Below, piece by piece: positions 13,774 to 21,755 of a stretch of 34,813 nucleotides of DNA. The stretch is from positions 409,398 through 444,210 of the forward strand of contig CP066688.1 in NCBI GenBank assembly GCA_016432425.1, read 5' to 3'. This DNA comes from Candidatus Daviesbacteria bacterium (lineage in GTDB: Bacteria > Patescibacteriota > Microgenomatia > Daviesbacterales > UBA10151). Within the stretch, counting starts at the first letter, position 1, and each line of letters starts with the position of its first letter. The position numbers and the translations under genes are program-made. The notes below the pieces were generated by a model. It did not search any database and was not told the origin of the DNA. It was given only the letters and a program-made list of their open reading frames with translations.

Positions 13774-14697
13774 ATGGGAAAAAGAGAAAAATTAGTCATC
13801 GTGGGTTCAGGCCCGGCTGGTTTGACAGCGGCTGTTTATGCTTCCCGGGGGAATTTAAACCCGGTGATTGTGGCTGGCCGCGAAGCTGGAGGACAGTTGA
13901 TGCTGACTACCGAGGTAGATGATTTCCCCGGTTTCCCAGAGGGAATACAAGGACCAGCCTTGATGGAGCAAATGAGACGGCAGGCAGAGCGGTTCGGGGC
14001 CCGTTTTGTAAGTGAAGATGTGAAATCAGTTGATTTCCAACAAATGCCTTTTACTATTAAAACTGAAACTCAGGAAATTAAAACCCAAACAGTGATTCTG
14101 GCTACCGGCGCCTCAGCCATGTGGTTGGGATTACCCTCAGAACAAAGACTAATTGGTCGGGGAGTATCTTCCTGTGCGGTTTGTGACGGACCATTTTTTA
14201 AAGATAAAAAGGTCATTGTAATAGGAGGAGGAGATACTGCCATGAAAGACGCCCAATACTTATCAAAACTTTGTAGTCAGGTGACTGTGGTGGTGCGGGG
14301 AGAAGCGCTCCGGGCCCAAGAAGCCCTGCAAGAGTTATTAAAAAACAGATCTAATGTCAACTTTATTTTTAATACAATAGTAGAAGAAGTATTGGGACAA
14401 GAAAAAGTAGAAGGAGTGAGGTTAAAAAATACTCGGACAGAAGAAAGCTCAGAAATGCCCATTGATGGGGTTTTTGTGGCCATCGGGCATAAACCAAATA
14501 CAGATTTTTTAAAAGGCCAGCTAGATTTGGATGAAAAAGGTTACATTATAGTCAAAGATGAAACTAAAACCAGCGTGGAGGGGGTGTTTGTGGCCGGAGA
14601 TGTGGCAGATTATAAATACCGCCAAGCAGTCACCGCAGCCGGAGCGGGGTGTAAAGCCACTTTAGATGCAGAAGATTATCTGGATAATTTAAAATAA
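13774..14697 (+). CDS. trxB: thioredoxin-disulfide reductase
   Basis: GSGPAG FAD motif, redox-active CAVCDG, GGGDTA NADPH motif. 307 aa. Confidence 0.93.
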   Translation: MGKREKLVIVGSGPAGLTAAVYASRGNLNPVIVAGREAGGQLMLTTEVDDFPGFPEGIQGPALMEQMRRQAERFGARFVSEDVKSVDFQQMPFTIKTETQEIKTQTVILATGASAMWLGLPSEQRLIGRGVSSCAVCDGPFFKDKKVIVIGGGDTAMKDAQYLSKLCSQVTVVVRGEALRAQEALQELLKNRSNVNFIFNTIVEEVLGQEKVEGVRLKNTRTEESSEMPIDGVFVAIGHKPNTDFLKGQLDLDEKGYIIVKDETKTSVEGVFVAGDVADYKYRQAVTAAGAGCKATLDAEDYLDNLK

Positions 14698-14750
14698 TCC
14701 TCTTACTCTTCTTTGTTGGAATTTTCATAAAGCGGAGATAGTATATTAGG

Positions 14751-15257
14751 ATGATGAGATTTGTTAACTTTTTAATTCAACTTCTTCCTGCCAGACCAAT
14801 TTATGCTCATTGTGATATCCCTTGCGGGATTTATGACCCTCATGAAATGCAAATGGCAGCCCACAGTGTCTTGCGAATGGTTAATTTGATAAATGATCTT
14901 AAACCTGCTGCGCCGGAGTCTCCCTTTGATGAAAGGAAAAAGATTATCTCTCAAATCTCCAGGCTGACTAAAGTGAAAGAGGAACATGCAGAAAAGGTTA
15001 AACATGAAGTTAGAATTTTATGGGGAGACTATTTTAAAGAAGAGCATTTAAAAGATTACCCAGAGTTACATGATTTAGTTTTTAAAACTCTAAAACTGGC
15101 TTCAAAGGTAAAACAGGAAGTTAATTTGGAGCTGTCCCAGGAGCTTTTAAAAAATATCCAGGAAATTGCTGAGATTTTCTGGGAAACTAAAGGGATGGAA
15201 CCGGTCAGAATTAAATCAGGTTACCCCACAGAAGGGGAATTAGTGTTGCATAAATAA
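14751..15257 (+). CDS. sodN: nickel-containing superoxide dismutase precursor
   Basis: The Ni-hook HCDIPCGIYDP starts at His20 (codon 14808-14810). It is preceded by the 19-aa propeptide MMRFVNFLIQLLPARPIYA. Size and helical remainder fit NiSOD. Confidence 0.9.
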   Translation: MMRFVNFLIQLLPARPIYAHCDIPCGIYDPHEMQMAAHSVLRMVNLINDLKPAAPESPFDERKKIISQISRLTKVKEEHAEKVKHEVRILWGDYFKEEHLKDYPELHDLVFKTLKLASKVKQEVNLELSQELLKNIQEIAEIFWETKGMEPVRIKSGYPTEGELVLHK

Positions 15258-15268
15258 AAACATCATCT

Positions 15269-15553
15269 ATGACAATACAGATTCCTCTTAAAAGATTTAC
15301 AGTTTTGGGTAATTCCATGTTACCGACTTTAAAACCTGGCCAGGATATATTAATTTTTAGCTGGTTTATTAACCCCAAAGCAGGGGATATAGTGGCAATT
15401 AAAATGGGAGGCAAAGAGATAATCAAACGCATTCAATCTTTAGACGATCGTCTCATCTTTGTGATGGGAGACAATGAAAAGATGAGTACTGATTCCAGAC
15501 ATTTTGGTCCCATTAAAAAAGAAGAAATTATCGGTCAGGTAATTTGGTATTAA
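15269..15553 (+). CDS. sodX: S26-family NiSOD maturation peptidase
   Basis: 94 aa with GNSMLPTL (catalytic Ser box) and GDNEKMSTDSRHFGP. It lies immediately downstream of sodN. Confidence 0.8.
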   Translation: MTIQIPLKRFTVLGNSMLPTLKPGQDILIFSWFINPKAGDIVAIKMGGKEIIKRIQSLDDRLIFVMGDNEKMSTDSRHFGPIKKEEIIGQVIWY

Positions 15554-16225
15554 CTAGTAACCACCAAAGTGGTCACAGCGAATGTTGGTTTTATCCACCC
15601 TTAAGCTTTGCAGCATAGCATCAAAATTATCTACCATTGGGGGAGGACCAGCCAGGTAATAGATAGTAGTTGGTAGTGAGCAGTTAGTAGTAAGGGACTG
15701 CAATTTTTGATCATCTAATAAACCTTCTTTGGTGGTGTTAACCAATTGGATAGTTAAATTAGGCAGATTTTTTTGCCAAGCTTTAAGCGCATTTTTAAAA
15801 GGAAAATCATCATTTGAATTTAGATAGATTAAAGTTATAGGAGTTTTAAGTTTTTGATCAACAGCATATTTAATCATAGACCTAAATGGGGTAATACCAA
15901 TGCCACCGGCAATCATCACTGCCGGTGCAGTCTCATCTAAAATAAATGTCCCGGCCGGATGGGAAGTTTCAATAGTCTCTCCTGGTTTTAAGCTAAACAA
16001 TTTTTGTTTAAAAATAGACTGCCCTTCCCTGGCAGTCAGCATTAAAAAATCCTCAGTGGGAGAAGAAGCTAAAGTAAAAGATCGGCTGGAGCTATTGGGA
16101 TCTATAATTGGTAGTTTGTAATCCAAATATTGGCCGGGATAAAAGGTAAATTCTGCCGGCTTTTCCCACACAAAACTTCTTACTCCCGGAACTTCTGGTT
16201 TGGTGAGGGTCAACTTGAGTAACAT
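15554..16225 (-). CDS. ferredoxin-NADP reductase-like FAD/NAD(P)-binding oxidoreductase
   Basis: RSFTLASSP (RxYS-type FAD motif) and MIAGGIGITPFRSM (NAD(P)-binding motif). Confidence 0.75.
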   Translation of the reverse strand: MLLKLTLTKPEVPGVRSFVWEKPAEFTFYPGQYLDYKLPIIDPNSSSRSFTLASSPTEDFLMLTAREGQSIFKQKLFSLKPGETIETSHPAGTFILDETAPAVMIAGGIGITPFRSMIKYAVDQKLKTPITLIYLNSNDDFPFKNALKAWQKNLPNLTIQLVNTTKEGLLDDQKLQSLTTNCSLPTTIYYLAGPPPMVDNFDAMLQSLRVDKTNIRCDHFGGY

Positions 16226-16276
16226 TTAAGAGTATAATATATAGAATTCTTCAGAGTTTCAAGCTATACTACGAAT

Positions 16277-16525
16277 ATGGAAGAGACTGCCCAAAAAGAG
16301 CGGGAAACTAGAGATAAAATTGTTGCTTCATTACAGGAAGTAGGTCATTCAGTTTCCTCTGTGACCCCAGAGACAGAAAATCCGTTAGAGATTGCAGAAG
16401 AAATTCTAGATATGGGGGGTAAAAATGAAGGCCATGCTCCCAGTAAAAGTTTTTTAGCCAGATTAAAGGCCCGAGTGATGGGAACAAATAGGAATCAGGC
16501 AGAAGATTTTAAAAAAGCTGCTTAA
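16277..16525 (+). CDS. hypothetical small acidic protein
   Basis: 82 aa. TATACT 16265-16270 lies 6 nt upstream of the ATG. It ends 4 nt before the ATPase gene. I recognise no family. Confidence 0.4.
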   Translation: MEETAQKERETRDKIVASLQEVGHSVSSVTPETENPLEIAEEILDMGGKNEGHAPSKSFLARLKARVMGTNRNQAEDFKKAA

Positions 16526-16529
16526 ACAA

Positions 16530-18875
16530 ATGGAAGTTGTCCAAAATACTGGTCCGGATATTTTAACCATAATAGTAGCCATTGTGGCAGTGGCTGGTTT
16601 GGCATTGCTCTCTTTGGGGCTGGTAGTTTATTTTTGGAAATATTTTGTGGGTTGGATTAAATATAAAGAACGGGAAAAAAATTCCCTGGAATATGTACTG
16701 CTGCAAATTATTGTCCCTAAGGATAATGAGATCAAGATTGATGCTGCTGAGCAATTTTTTGCCACCTTAGCTTCCATTAAAAAATCAACCGGCAAATATT
16801 TCGGAAATTTTAAATCCCAGCCGCACATCTCTTTTGAGCTGGTGGCTTTGCATGAATCAATCAGATTTTATATCTCTTGCCATAAATCCCACCAAGATTT
16901 AATTGAGCGCCAAATTAACGGTGCTTATCCGGACGCTGAGATTAAAGAGGTGCCGGAGTATAATATTTTCTCCGAAGAAGGGCAAACCGCCTATGCCCAA
17001 CTAAAACTGCGGGCAGCGGATTATTTACCCATTAAAACTTTTCGCGATTTGCCCACTGACCCACTGTCTGCTTTAACTTCTGCCCTGGCCAAGATGCAAG
17101 TGGGGGAGGGGGCAGTAGTCCAGATGCTAATTTCTCCGGCAGATAATTTATGGAAAGACGCGGGCAAAAAATGGCTCAAGAAAGAAAAAGACCCGGGTAA
17201 ACCGGATAGTCCCAAACCTCCACCAGATGCCAAACAAATTGAGGCCGTGGAGAATAAACTGGCTAAACCTGGTTTTAATACTACCATTAGAATTGTCACT
17301 TCCTCATCCTCAAAGGATAATGCTAAAGCTCATTTAACCAATATCCGCTCCGCTTTTGAACAATTTTCCGGTCCTTATAATTCTTTTTCCGGTGACAAAA
17401 TTAAATCTGAGAGCGCTTTTATGACTGATTTTATTTATCGTTTTTTGCCCCGTTTTGCCAAAATGTCAGTGTTGACCTCGGATGAGCTGGCTTCAGTTTT
17501 CCATTTCCCCAGCAAAGCCGTGGAAACCCCGTATATCTCCTGGTTATCTTCTAAACGTGCTCCTGCTCCGGAAAAAATCCCCACCACCGGGCTTTACATC
17601 GGCAAATCGCAATTCCGGGGAGTGGAGCGGCCCATCTACATTGGAGAAGAAGATCGTACCCGTCATATGTACATTGCCGGGCGGACCGGTACCGGTAAAA
17701 CCCAACTGCTCAAACAGATGATGATCCAAGATATTTATGCCGGCAAGGGAATTTGTTTTATTGATCCCCATGGTGATGCGGCAGAGGAGCTATTGGAACT
17801 AATTCCGCCCCAGCGGGCAGAAGATGTAATCTATTTTGACCCCGGAGATCTCCTGCGGCCTTTTGGGTTAAACATGTTGGAGGCTTACAACGACGAGCAA
17901 AAACACTTCGTCACCGCCAATATCATTGGTTTAATGTACAAACTATTTGACCCTCAACATACCGGTATCATCGGGCCTCGCTTTGAACACGGAGTCCGCA
18001 ACGCCATGTTGACCGCCATGGCCAAGCCGGGGGCAACTTTTGTCGAGGTGATGCGGATTATGACCGATTCGGAGTTTGTGCGGGAGCTTCTTCCCCTGGT
18101 GGATGATCCGGTGGTGCGGCGTTACTGGACTGACCAAATCGCCCAGACCTCTGATTTTCACAAATCAGAGGTGTTGGATTATACTGTTTCCAAATTTGGC
18201 CGTTTCGTCACCAATAAAATGATGCGCAATATTATTGGCCAGAGTAAATCCAGCTTTGATTTTCGGGAAGTGATGGACCAGGGGAAGATTTTAATTGTCA
18301 ATTTATCCAAAGGGAAAATTGGGGAAGAAAACTCCAACTTTTTGGGGTTGGTGTTGGTGCCTAAGATTTTGGCCGCCGCCATGAGCAGGTCTAATATCCC
18401 CATGCCAGAGCGGCGCCCTTTTTATCTTTATGTTGACGAGTTTCAAAACTTTGCCACGGAAACTTTTGCTGATATTTTATCTGAGGCTAGAAAATACCAA
18501 TTAAACTTAATCGTGGCTAACCAATTTATTGGCCAAATTGGGGAAGAGCTCAAAAATGCGGTTTTTGGTAACGTTGGTACCTTGATTGCTTTCCGGGTGG
18601 GGGTGACAGATGCCAATTACTTGCAGCATGAATTTAGCCCCACTTTTTCTGAGAACGATCTGGTTAATGTGGAGATTTTTAATGCCTACATCAAAACAAT
18701 TGTTAATGGGGAGCCGGTAGTACCCTTTTCCATTAATACTAAACCTGACTTTGACAGGTTAAAACAACTGAGTAATCCTCAGGTGGCTGCCGCCATTAAA
18801 GAGTTGTCCCGTTTAAAATACGGCCGGGATGTGACAGGGGTGGAAGCGGAAATTGTCATCAGAGCCAAATTATAG
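16530..18875 (+). CDS. membrane-anchored P-loop ATPase of the TraD/VirD4/TraG (type IV coupling protein-like, FtsK-HerA superfamily) type
   Basis: N-terminal TM helix, Walker A GRTGTGKT, Walker B FYLYVDEFQNF, and LSEARKYQLNLIVANQ resembling the TraG/TraD C-terminal region. Confidence 0.7.
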   Translation: MEVVQNTGPDILTIIVAIVAVAGLALLSLGLVVYFWKYFVGWIKYKEREKNSLEYVLLQIIVPKDNEIKIDAAEQFFATLASIKKSTGKYFGNFKSQPHISFELVALHESIRFYISCHKSHQDLIERQINGAYPDAEIKEVPEYNIFSEEGQTAYAQLKLRAADYLPIKTFRDLPTDPLSALTSALAKMQVGEGAVVQMLISPADNLWKDAGKKWLKKEKDPGKPDSPKPPPDAKQIEAVENKLAKPGFNTTIRIVTSSSSKDNAKAHLTNIRSAFEQFSGPYNSFSGDKIKSESAFMTDFIYRFLPRFAKMSVLTSDELASVFHFPSKAVETPYISWLSSKRAPAPEKIPTTGLYIGKSQFRGVERPIYIGEEDRTRHMYIAGRTGTGKTQLLKQMMIQDIYAGKGICFIDPHGDAAEELLELIPPQRAEDVIYFDPGDLLRPFGLNMLEAYNDEQKHFVTANIIGLMYKLFDPQHTGIIGPRFEHGVRNAMLTAMAKPGATFVEVMRIMTDSEFVRELLPLVDDPVVRRYWTDQIAQTSDFHKSEVLDYTVSKFGRFVTNKMMRNIIGQSKSSFDFREVMDQGKILIVNLSKGKIGEENSNFLGLVLVPKILAAAMSRSNIPMPERRPFYLYVDEFQNFATETFADILSEARKYQLNLIVANQFIGQIGEELKNAVFGNVGTLIAFRVGVTDANYLQHEFSPTFSENDLVNVEIFNAYIKTIVNGEPVVPFSINTKPDFDRLKQLSNPQVAAAIKELSRLKYGRDVTGVEAEIVIRAKL

Positions 18876-18892
18876 TAAAATTTCTCCTATAC

Positions 18893-18966
18893 AGGCCCGT
18901 TGCATAATGGTAGTGCCTCACTCTTATACAGTGATGGTGAGGGTTCAATTCCTTCCGGGCCTACCA
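18893..18966 (+). tRNA. tRNA-Ile with encoded UAU anticodon (CCA encoded)
   Basis: Acceptor AGGCCCG/CGGGCCT, D arm GCAT-AATGGTA-GTGC, anticodon stem TCACT/AGTGA (5 perfect pairs), loop CTTATAC (TAT at 18925-18927), T arm GAGGG-TTCAATT-CCTTC, discriminator A, then CCA. Confidence 0.8.
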
Positions 18967-18968
18967 AT

Positions 18969-19832
18969 TTATAATTCTTCTAATTTGACCTTGCTGTTTT
19001 GGGACTGAGGAGAGACAAATTGGAGGTATTTTTCAGTAGTAGACAGTCTCTTGTGGCCGGCTAACTTGGATACTACCAAAAGCGAGGCCCCGCTTTGCAG
19101 TTGGTGGGCTACCCAGGTATGCCTTAAATCATTAACTTTGGCATTTTTAATTTCCGCAATCCGAAAATAGCGGTCAATGGCAGTCCTGATGTTGCGGATT
19201 AATAAGGGTTTGCCGGTTTTGGTAATAAATAAGGCATGAGCAGGGGATTTAGGCCTGACACTTAAATATTTTTTAATGGCTTCAGCCACGGAATTATTTA
19301 AAGGAATGTCTCGCTCAACTGTCCCTTCAAATTGGGGGACATGGATAGTTTGGTTTCCAAAATTAACATCTTCCACCCTTAAGTGTGCCAGTTCACCAAT
19401 CCTAATACCGGTTTGTAAAAGTAGCTCAATAACAGCTGATAAACGAACGTCAGCTCTGGCCGCATCCCGGAGCGCCCGGTATTCAATTTTGGATAAAATC
19501 CGGGGTGGTTTAGTTTCAAATTTAGGGTGTTGTAAGTTGGAAGCCGGATCTTCGGTAATAGCTCCGGCTGATCTTAAGAACTTAAAAAAGGTTTTAGTAG
19601 AGTTGGTTTTGCGGGAGATAGATTTGGCAGTGTAGCTTTCTTTGGATAATTTTTCCATAAAGGCTTGCAAATCTTCGAAACTAACTTCATCCACAGTTAC
19701 TTTCCCCAGGGAATTTAAAAAGCTGACCAGTTGATCAATATCCTTACCATAAGCTAAGATAGTGGCACTGGCAGAAGATCTGCCTTGTAGGTGGCCAATA
19801 AATTGTTGGTGGGCGTCTTTTAAGCTAATCAT
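18969..19832 (-). CDS. site-specific tyrosine recombinase (XerC/XerD/integrase family)
   Basis: It has an N-terminal SAM-like domain and the C-terminal catalytic residues pattern (...RHTWVAHQL..., GHKRLSTTEKY). The first ATG is at 19832. The ORF track start 19841 is a TTG. The stop is 3 nt from the tRNA-Ile 3' end. Confidence 0.85.
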   Translation of the reverse strand: MISLKDAHQQFIGHLQGRSSASATILAYGKDIDQLVSFLNSLGKVTVDEVSFEDLQAFMEKLSKESYTAKSISRKTNSTKTFFKFLRSAGAITEDPASNLQHPKFETKPPRILSKIEYRALRDAARADVRLSAVIELLLQTGIRIGELAHLRVEDVNFGNQTIHVPQFEGTVERDIPLNNSVAEAIKKYLSVRPKSPAHALFITKTGKPLLIRNIRTAIDRYFRIAEIKNAKVNDLRHTWVAHQLQSGASLLVVSKLAGHKRLSTTEKYLQFVSPQSQNSKVKLEEL

Positions 19833-19849
19833 AGTCTGCAAGCATGTAT

Positions 19850-19877
19850 TTTATATTTATAGGGTATTAATTGTCAA
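19850..19877 (-). promoter_or_regulatory. sigma70-type promoter for the recombinase gene
   Basis: On the minus strand: TTGACA (19877-19872), 16-nt spacer, TATAAA (19855-19850). Confidence 0.4.
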
Positions 19878-19886
19878 GTTATCTTT

Positions 19887-20231
19887 ATGAAAAAAATTAG
19901 TTTTTTTACTGTTGCTGTAGTGTTATTAATCATTATTTATAGCTTGATTAGCCAGATTTTTAGCGCTTTTCGCTCCGGAGACAGGTTAAGTGAAGCCTTA
20001 GATAAACTGCACCAGCTCCAAATTAAAAACCAAGCTTTAAAGAAAAGTTTAAAAACTGCCTCCAGCCCGGAGTTTATTGAGCAGCAAGCCAGAGATAAGC
20101 TGGGACTGTCCAAAGAGGACGAGGTAGTGGTGGTGATCCCGGAAGAAATTATTCAAAAAATATTATCTCAAACGCAGCCAAATGTGCCTCGTCTGCCTAA
20201 TCCAATAGGCTGGTGGAAGGTTTTCTTCTAA
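19887..20231 (+). CDS. septum formation initiator family protein (FtsB/DivIC-like)
   Basis: N-terminal TM helix, a coiled-coil segment, and EFIEQQARDKLGLSKEDEVVVVIP typical of DivIC/FtsB. Confidence 0.65.
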   Translation: MKKISFFTVAVVLLIIIYSLISQIFSAFRSGDRLSEALDKLHQLQIKNQALKKSLKTASSPEFIEQQARDKLGLSKEDEVVVVIPEEIIQKILSQTQPNVPRLPNPIGWWKVFF

Positions 20232-20629
20232 GTTTTGTGAGGGATTTTTCTGCCGCGCCTGACCAACTCGCCTTCATATTTGGTATGCAAATGTTGAAAC
20301 TCCTTATGGAGTTTTTCCAGGTCTTCATCAGGCAAATCCTCAATATCCACCAGCTCGGTTCTGGCTCCTTTAACCCCCCGCAAGAGTTCATCCAGTTTAA
20401 GGTGGATGGCTTTAGCATCCCTATTTTGGGTATTTTGGATCAAAAAGACCATCAGAAAGGTCACGATGGTGGTACTGGTATTAATAATTAATTGCCAGGT
20501 ATCGGAGAAATGGAAAATTGGACCGGTGGAGGCCCAGACAATAATTACAAATAAGGCGGCGATAAAAACTACCGGGGATCCGGTGTAGTTGGAAATAGTG
20601 GAGGCAATTTTGTGAAATATTTCGCCCAT
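20228..20629 (-). CDS. low-affinity iron permease family membrane protein
   Basis: FHKIASTISNYTGSP...FSDTWQLIINTSTTIVTFLMVFLIQNTQNRD matches the family pattern. Confidence 0.7.
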   Translation of the reverse strand: MGEIFHKIASTISNYTGSPVVFIAALFVIIVWASTGPIFHFSDTWQLIINTSTTIVTFLMVFLIQNTQNRDAKAIHLKLDELLRGVKGARTELVDIEDLPDEDLEKLHKEFQHLHTKYEGELVRRGRKIPHKT

Positions 20630-20677
20630 AGTTTTATGATTGTATACTGGTGAGTATTTGTCAATGAAGATCTTATG

Positions 20678-20749
20678 TTGCGGGGGTAGGAGTTGAACCT
20701 ACTACCTAGAGATTATGAGCCTCCCGTGCAACCGTTACACTTCCCCGCG
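20678..20749 (-). tRNA. tRNA-Met(CAU), initiator-like
   Basis: Minus-strand sequence: CGCGGGG AA GTGT AACGGTT GCAC G GGAGG CTCATAA TCTCT AGGTA GTAGG TTCAACT CCTAC CCCCGCA A. There is a C1xA72 mismatch and A73, as in bacterial initiators. CCA is not encoded. Confidence 0.8.
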
Positions 20750-20770
20750 ATGTTTAAAAGAACACTGTGT

Positions 20771-20799
20771 ATTGTAGCTTTGCAGGTTTAATAAGTCAA
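20771..20799 (-). promoter_or_regulatory. sigma70-type promoter for the initiator-like tRNA
   Basis: On the minus strand: TTGACT (20799-20794), 17-nt spacer, TACAAT (20776-20771). The tRNA 5' end is at 20749. Confidence 0.5.
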
Positions 20800-20800
20800 T

Positions 20801-20841
20801 GTTTTTGGACAAACATATCACGGCCGTGTAATAAATGTCTA
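20801..20841 (+). promoter_or_regulatory. 41-nt conserved element, copy A (contains the 10-bp perfect palindrome CACGGCCGTG at 20819-20828)
   Basis: 37 of 41 positions are identical to 28274-28314. The flanking sequence is unrelated. Confidence 0.7.
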
Positions 20842-20938
20842 AATTTCATTATTGATTCTCTTTAGTACTAATTTTAGCCATCACTTGGTATAATCGCTGG
20901 CGCTTCTTGTAACGATTACGTTATAATTGAGACCAATT

Positions 20939-21010
20939 GGCAGCGTAGCTCAGCGGTAGAGCGGAGCCCTCATAAAGCTTAGGTCGTTGGTTCGATTCCA
21001 ACCGTTGCCA
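20939..21010 (+). tRNA. tRNA-Met(CAU), elongator-type (a lysidine-type tRNA-Ile2 cannot be excluded from sequence alone)
   Basis: GGCAGCG TA GCTC AGCGGTA GAGC G GAGCC CTCATAA AGCTT AGGTC GTTGG TTCGATT CCAAC CGTTGCC A. Position 1-72 is paired. An extended -10 TGgTATAAT lies upstream at 20886-20894. Confidence 0.75.
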
Positions 21011-21058
21011 CATTCGGTTCAGTCCCCACCCCTGCTACTTTTGTATTAATACTAGAAA

Positions 21059-21700
21059 ATGATAGAATATAAAGATAAAATGGAAGAAGGTTTTGACCCT
21101 GAAGAAAATATGGATTTAAATCTCCAAGTACAAGTAATTCCTAAAGAACAAGTTGACGAAGAACAACTAAAAGAATTTATCGAATTTTTTAGAGCTGGTT
21201 ACGATGACAGGTGGGTTGGTGAAGAATATTTTAGAAACGTAGTTATGAAGAACAGTACTGAACTTTTAACCATGAGAAAGGAAGGAAAGTTAGTAGCTGC
21301 ATTTAATTTTGATCATCATCGCATAACTGATATTGCAGTTAACCCTGAATATAGGGGGAGTGGAATAGGTGTGAAGTTATTTCAAGAGGCTGCCCGTCAT
21401 GATCCGAAATCCTGGATTACCATTGCGGCTGATGCTGAGGGTATGTTAGCTACAGTTACCTCACAAGGTCTCAATTATTTACCAGTTGAAGACAAAAATC
21501 AAATGGAATCCCTTTTTCAAGAAGGTAACGGTACTAGAGATAATTACCAGGTTGAGGTATCAGAAGTAGAAATTCCTTGGTTAGCAGCAAGATTACAAGA
21601 GAAAGGTATTGAACATTCCGATACCTTTATTGCCTCCTCCAGAAATAAATCTCTACATGGTCCAACTTATTGGCAATTGTTGTTCCAAAATCAAAAATAA
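21059..21700 (+). CDS. GNAT family N-acetyltransferase
   Basis: Acetyl-CoA binding motif A: ITDIAVNPEYRGSGIGVKLFQEAA. Confidence 0.7.
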   Translation: MIEYKDKMEEGFDPEENMDLNLQVQVIPKEQVDEEQLKEFIEFFRAGYDDRWVGEEYFRNVVMKNSTELLTMRKEGKLVAAFNFDHHRITDIAVNPEYRGSGIGVKLFQEAARHDPKSWITIAADAEGMLATVTSQGLNYLPVEDKNQMESLFQEGNGTRDNYQVEVSEVEIPWLAARLQEKGIEHSDTFIASSRNKSLHGPTYWQLLFQNQK

Positions 21701-21755
21701 TTTCCCTCTTGCATCAATATGTTATGATAATTATATCCCAAGGAGGGATTTTTTT

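Noticed and set aside
18969-20629. A genomic island delimited by tRNA-Ile and the integrase-family gene
   Set aside because: The downstream genes (an FtsB-like protein and an iron permease family protein) look chromosomal, and I found no direct repeat of the tRNA 3' end. I kept it only as a low-interest finding.
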